NCBI GenBank assembly: GCA_963722655.1
Contig: CAVRNT010000002.1
Span: forward strand, 71,461-135,460
Direction: 5' to 3'
Length of the DNA: 64,000 nucleotides
Origin: an uncultured bacterium
GTDB taxonomy: Bacteria > Patescibacteriota > Minisyncoccia > UBA6257 > GWB1-50-10
Shown one piece after another: positions 61,388 through 64,000 of the stretch (its first letter is position 1; the number at the start of each line of letters is the position of its first letter). Below the pieces are notes generated by a model, which was not told the DNA's origin, made no database searches, and saw only the letters and a program-made list of their open reading frames with translations. Made by a program: the position numbers and the translations under genes.

Positions 61388-62161
61388 ATGATTAACAAAA
61401 ATCTGTTACTGGCAATAACGGCAACGAGCTTAATCGGCGGAATTGCCTTCGCTGCGCCGGCTTTCGCCCAAATGAGCGGTGGGGTCCCTCATCGAGGATG
61501 GAACGGTCAGCCAGGAAGACCGGCACATATGATGGCTCCGGGGGTTTTCGGAACCGTATCATCCATTAACGGCATGATACTCACGGTTTCATCGAAAACG
61601 CCAAGAAATGCGAGCACGACGACCGTTTATACGGTCGATGCCTCGAATGCGACCGTCTATAAGAACGGAGCCACTTCCACCGTTGCGGCGATAGCCGTCG
61701 GCGACAACGTGATGATCCAGGGCACCGTGAGCGGCACTAACGTCACCGCGAAGACGATCCGAGACGGTATTGGCAAACCGGGGATAATTGGCACGTTCGA
61801 CCGGAAAGCGCCGGCGACGAGCACGATCGTCCAAGGAAACGGTGAGCCGGTCGTTGGCGGGAGCGTGACGGCGATAAGCGGCACGACGACGCTCACGGTG
61901 ACGAACAAGAGTAACGTCACTTACACGGTTGACGTTTCAAACGCCAAGGTGGAAAAGGCGGGTACGAGCACCACGGTCTCGGCCATTGCCGTCGGCGACA
62001 ACGTCATCGTTCAAGGGACGGTAAACGGCACATCCGTTACGGCCTCGTCGGTGATCGATAGTGGAAATCCAACCACCATTCCGGCAGCGAATCCGCCTAA
62101 GGCCAGCCACGGCTTTTTCACCGCTATCGGAAACTTCTTCCAAAAACTGTTCGGGTTTTAG
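61388..62161 (+). CDS. secreted protein with internal beta-rich repeats
   Basis: Signal peptide. Duplicated 'TVYTVD(A/V)SNA.V.K.G.ST.V.AIAVGDNV.(I/V)QGTV.GT.VTA' units. Confidence 0.5.
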   Translation: MINKNLLLAITATSLIGGIAFAAPAFAQMSGGVPHRGWNGQPGRPAHMMAPGVFGTVSSINGMILTVSSKTPRNASTTTVYTVDASNATVYKNGATSTVAAIAVGDNVMIQGTVSGTNVTAKTIRDGIGKPGIIGTFDRKAPATSTIVQGNGEPVVGGSVTAISGTTTLTVTNKSNVTYTVDVSNAKVEKAGTSTTVSAIAVGDNVIVQGTVNGTSVTASSVIDSGNPTTIPAANPPKASHGFFTAIGNFFQKLFGF

Positions 62162-62275
62162 AGAGATCAGTCCAGCTATCAAAGGATTCAAGTTAAAACT
62201 GCTCCGGCCAAAGCCGGAACGGTTTTTATTTCACCTGCTTGCCATTTGGGACAGGCGGTTTGATAATGCGAGCGT

Positions 62276-63406
62276 ATGGAACCGTTAGCCGCCAAAATCA
62301 GGCCTAAAAAACTGGAAGAATTCATCGGCCAAGAGCACCTCGTGGGCAAAGGCAAACCCATCCGCGAGGCGATGGAAAAGAAACACCTGTTCTCCTTCAT
62401 CCTCTGGGGACCGCCCGGAGTGGGGAAGACGACGCTCGCCAAGATCTACGCCCACGCCCTCCAAGCCGACATTGTTGAGCTTTCGGCCGTCTCGGCCGGC
62501 AAGGATGACATCAAAGAGGTGGTGAAGGGCCAGGTGGGACTGCGGCCGACTATCCTTTTCCTCGACGAGATCCATCGCTTCAATAAGGCCCAGCAGGATT
62601 TTCTTTTGCCCTTCGTCGAGACCGGCCGCATCACCTTGATCGGCGCGACGACCGAGAACCCCTCCTTCGAGGTCATCAGCCCGCTCCTCTCGCGCTGTCG
62701 CATCTTCGTTCTGAACGAGCTCACGCCGGAAGAGCTTTCGAAAATCATCGACCGCACGGGCATCTCGATGGATAAGGCGGCCCGCGATTGGGTCGTGAAC
62801 TTCGCGAACGGCGACGCCCGGCAACTGCTCGGACTTCTAGAGGCCGCCCAAGCGCTCTACAAAGAGGTGAACATCCAAACCTTGACCGACGCCCTCCAGT
62901 CCAAATACATCCGGTACGACAAGAAGGGCGAAGAGCACTACAACACCATCAGCGCTTTCATAAAAAGCATGCGGGCCTCCCAGCCGGACGCCGCACTCTA
63001 TTATCTCGCCCGAATGGTCGAGGCAGGAGAGGACCCGAAGTTCATCGCGCGGCGGATGGTCATCTTTGCCTCGGAGGACATCGGCTTAGCCGACCCGATG
63101 GCCTTGGAAGTAGCCAATAACGTCTTCCGGGCTGTTGAGGTCATAGGGCTTCCGGAATGCGCCATCAACCTCGCCCACGGCGTCTGCTACCTTTCGGGCG
63201 CGCCAAAAACCAAGCGCTCGTACGAGGCCTACTTCCGCGCTCTGGAGGACGTGAAGCAATACGGTAATCTGCCAATCCCGCTCCAGATCCGCAACCCGGT
63301 CACGAAACTGATGAAGGACCTAGACTACGGGAAAGGATACGAACGCTATCCCAAGAACGACCTCCTGCCGGAAAAGCTCAAAGGGAAGAAGTACTTATCT
63401 TCTTAG
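62276..63406 (+). CDS. rarA: replication-associated recombination protein A (RarA/MgsA AAA+ ATPase)
   Basis: 'LWGPPGVGKTTLAKI', 'LFLDEIHRFNKAQQD', and the MgsA C-terminal domain. Confidence 0.9.
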   Translation: MEPLAAKIRPKKLEEFIGQEHLVGKGKPIREAMEKKHLFSFILWGPPGVGKTTLAKIYAHALQADIVELSAVSAGKDDIKEVVKGQVGLRPTILFLDEIHRFNKAQQDFLLPFVETGRITLIGATTENPSFEVISPLLSRCRIFVLNELTPEELSKIIDRTGISMDKAARDWVVNFANGDARQLLGLLEAAQALYKEVNIQTLTDALQSKYIRYDKKGEEHYNTISAFIKSMRASQPDAALYYLARMVEAGEDPKFIARRMVIFASEDIGLADPMALEVANNVFRAVEVIGLPECAINLAHGVCYLSGAPKTKRSYEAYFRALEDVKQYGNLPIPLQIRNPVTKLMKDLDYGKGYERYPKNDLLPEKLKGKKYLSS

Positions 63407-63944
63407 TCCAGGCAACGAGAGCCGTAAGATAATCGGCCACGCGTTTTTTTGTGTCCTCGTCGGTCAAATTGCCGTTCGAGTCGAACTTGTCCTGGACCGT
63501 CGGTACCATCACCTCCGGCTTGTTCAAGGGGTACATATCCAAAAAGACGAATGACTGGCGCAGGTGGTATTGGGCCTTCGCGCCGCCTTGGAGCCCGCCG
63601 GAGGCGCTCATTATCCCGACCGGCTTGCCGGTCCAAGCGCTATCGCCGTAAGGCCGTGAGGCGCAGTCAATGGCGTTCTTAAGGACGCCTGGGACGGAGT
63701 AGTTGTACTCCGGCGTCACGAAGAGGATTGCGTCGCTCGCCTTGACCTTCCGCTTGAACTCTTTGACCGCCTCCGGCGGGTCCATCTCGAAATCCTGGTT
63801 GAAGAGCGGCAGTTCGCCGATCTCGGCGATCTCGACCTCCACGCCCGCCGGCGCCAAGGCCGCGGCGGCGCGCAGGAGCATCTTGTTGAACGATCCTTTC
63901 CGCAAACTTCCCGCGATCCCCAAGATCTTTATTTTTTTGTCCAT
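63378..63944 (-). CDS. NAD(P)H-dependent FMN reductase (flavodoxin-like fold)
   Basis: 'ILGIAGSLRKGSFN', 'FVTPEYNYSVPGVLKNAIDCAS'. Confidence 0.8.
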   Translation of the reverse strand: MDKKIKILGIAGSLRKGSFNKMLLRAAAALAPAGVEVEIAEIGELPLFNQDFEMDPPEAVKEFKRKVKASDAILFVTPEYNYSVPGVLKNAIDCASRPYGDSAWTGKPVGIMSASGGLQGGAKAQYHLRQSFVFLDMYPLNKPEVMVPTVQDKFDSNGNLTDEDTKKRVADYLTALVAWTKKISTSSL

Positions 63945-64000
63945 TTTTCGTTGAGCGCCACGACGCAGAACAGGATGACGAAGGTGCCGACGAGACCAAA

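Noticed and set aside
60169-61398. 409-aa Arg/Gly-rich minus-strand ORF
   Set aside because: Antisense to the surface repeat protein gene. The composition is an artifact of GC-rich antisense

Overview
The window looks like a GC-rich (~58-60%) small-genome bacterial contig, plausibly Candidate Phyla Radiation / Patescibacteria; that lineage call is an inference from gene content (short UvrC, pyruvoyl arginine decarboxylase, a DUF4012-like protein beside glycosyltransferases, many lineage-specific secreted repeat proteins). The standard genetic code applies, because TGA and TAG both act as stops in the long genes. From ~17.9 kb to the end the core is syntenic housekeeping: rmuC, secA, mltG, rsmI, a cell-envelope glycosylation locus, lepA, tRNA-Gly, pdaD, uvrB, hpf, uvrA-patatin-uvrC, typA, an ApbE/FMN-binding flavinylation module, DedA, msrA/msrB, tRNA-Gln and rarA. 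The left ~17 kb is accessory. It holds two mutually homologous but incomplete TraG/VirD4-type coupling-ATPase genes and a frameshifted large serine recombinase, so it reads as a decayed integrative/conjugative element. These are interrupted by a ~4 kb block of pure homopolymer (poly-A ~607 nt, poly-T ~3058 nt, poly-C 35 nt) plus AT microsatellite (4595-8586), which is almost certainly a non-biological artifact. Next comes a SymE-like toxin pair and then an AT-rich island (~10.7-17.1 kb). The island carries an HExxH protein, a radical-SAM/SPASM enzyme, an SMC-like coiled-coil ABC ATPase, a small membrane protein, a SET-domain methyltransferase and a PAP2_C/sphingomyelin-synthase-like membrane protein. 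The most interesting candidate for an undescribed system is the ATPase-TM-SET operon together with the adjacent rSAM/SPASM gene. Other notable observations are an identical promoter/hairpin-leader architecture upstream of uvrA and uvrB, a Cys/Gly-rich small membrane protein next to the flavinylation module, and a promoter-plus-terminator-bounded ~100 nt RNA upstream of secA. No CRISPR array or rRNA was found.
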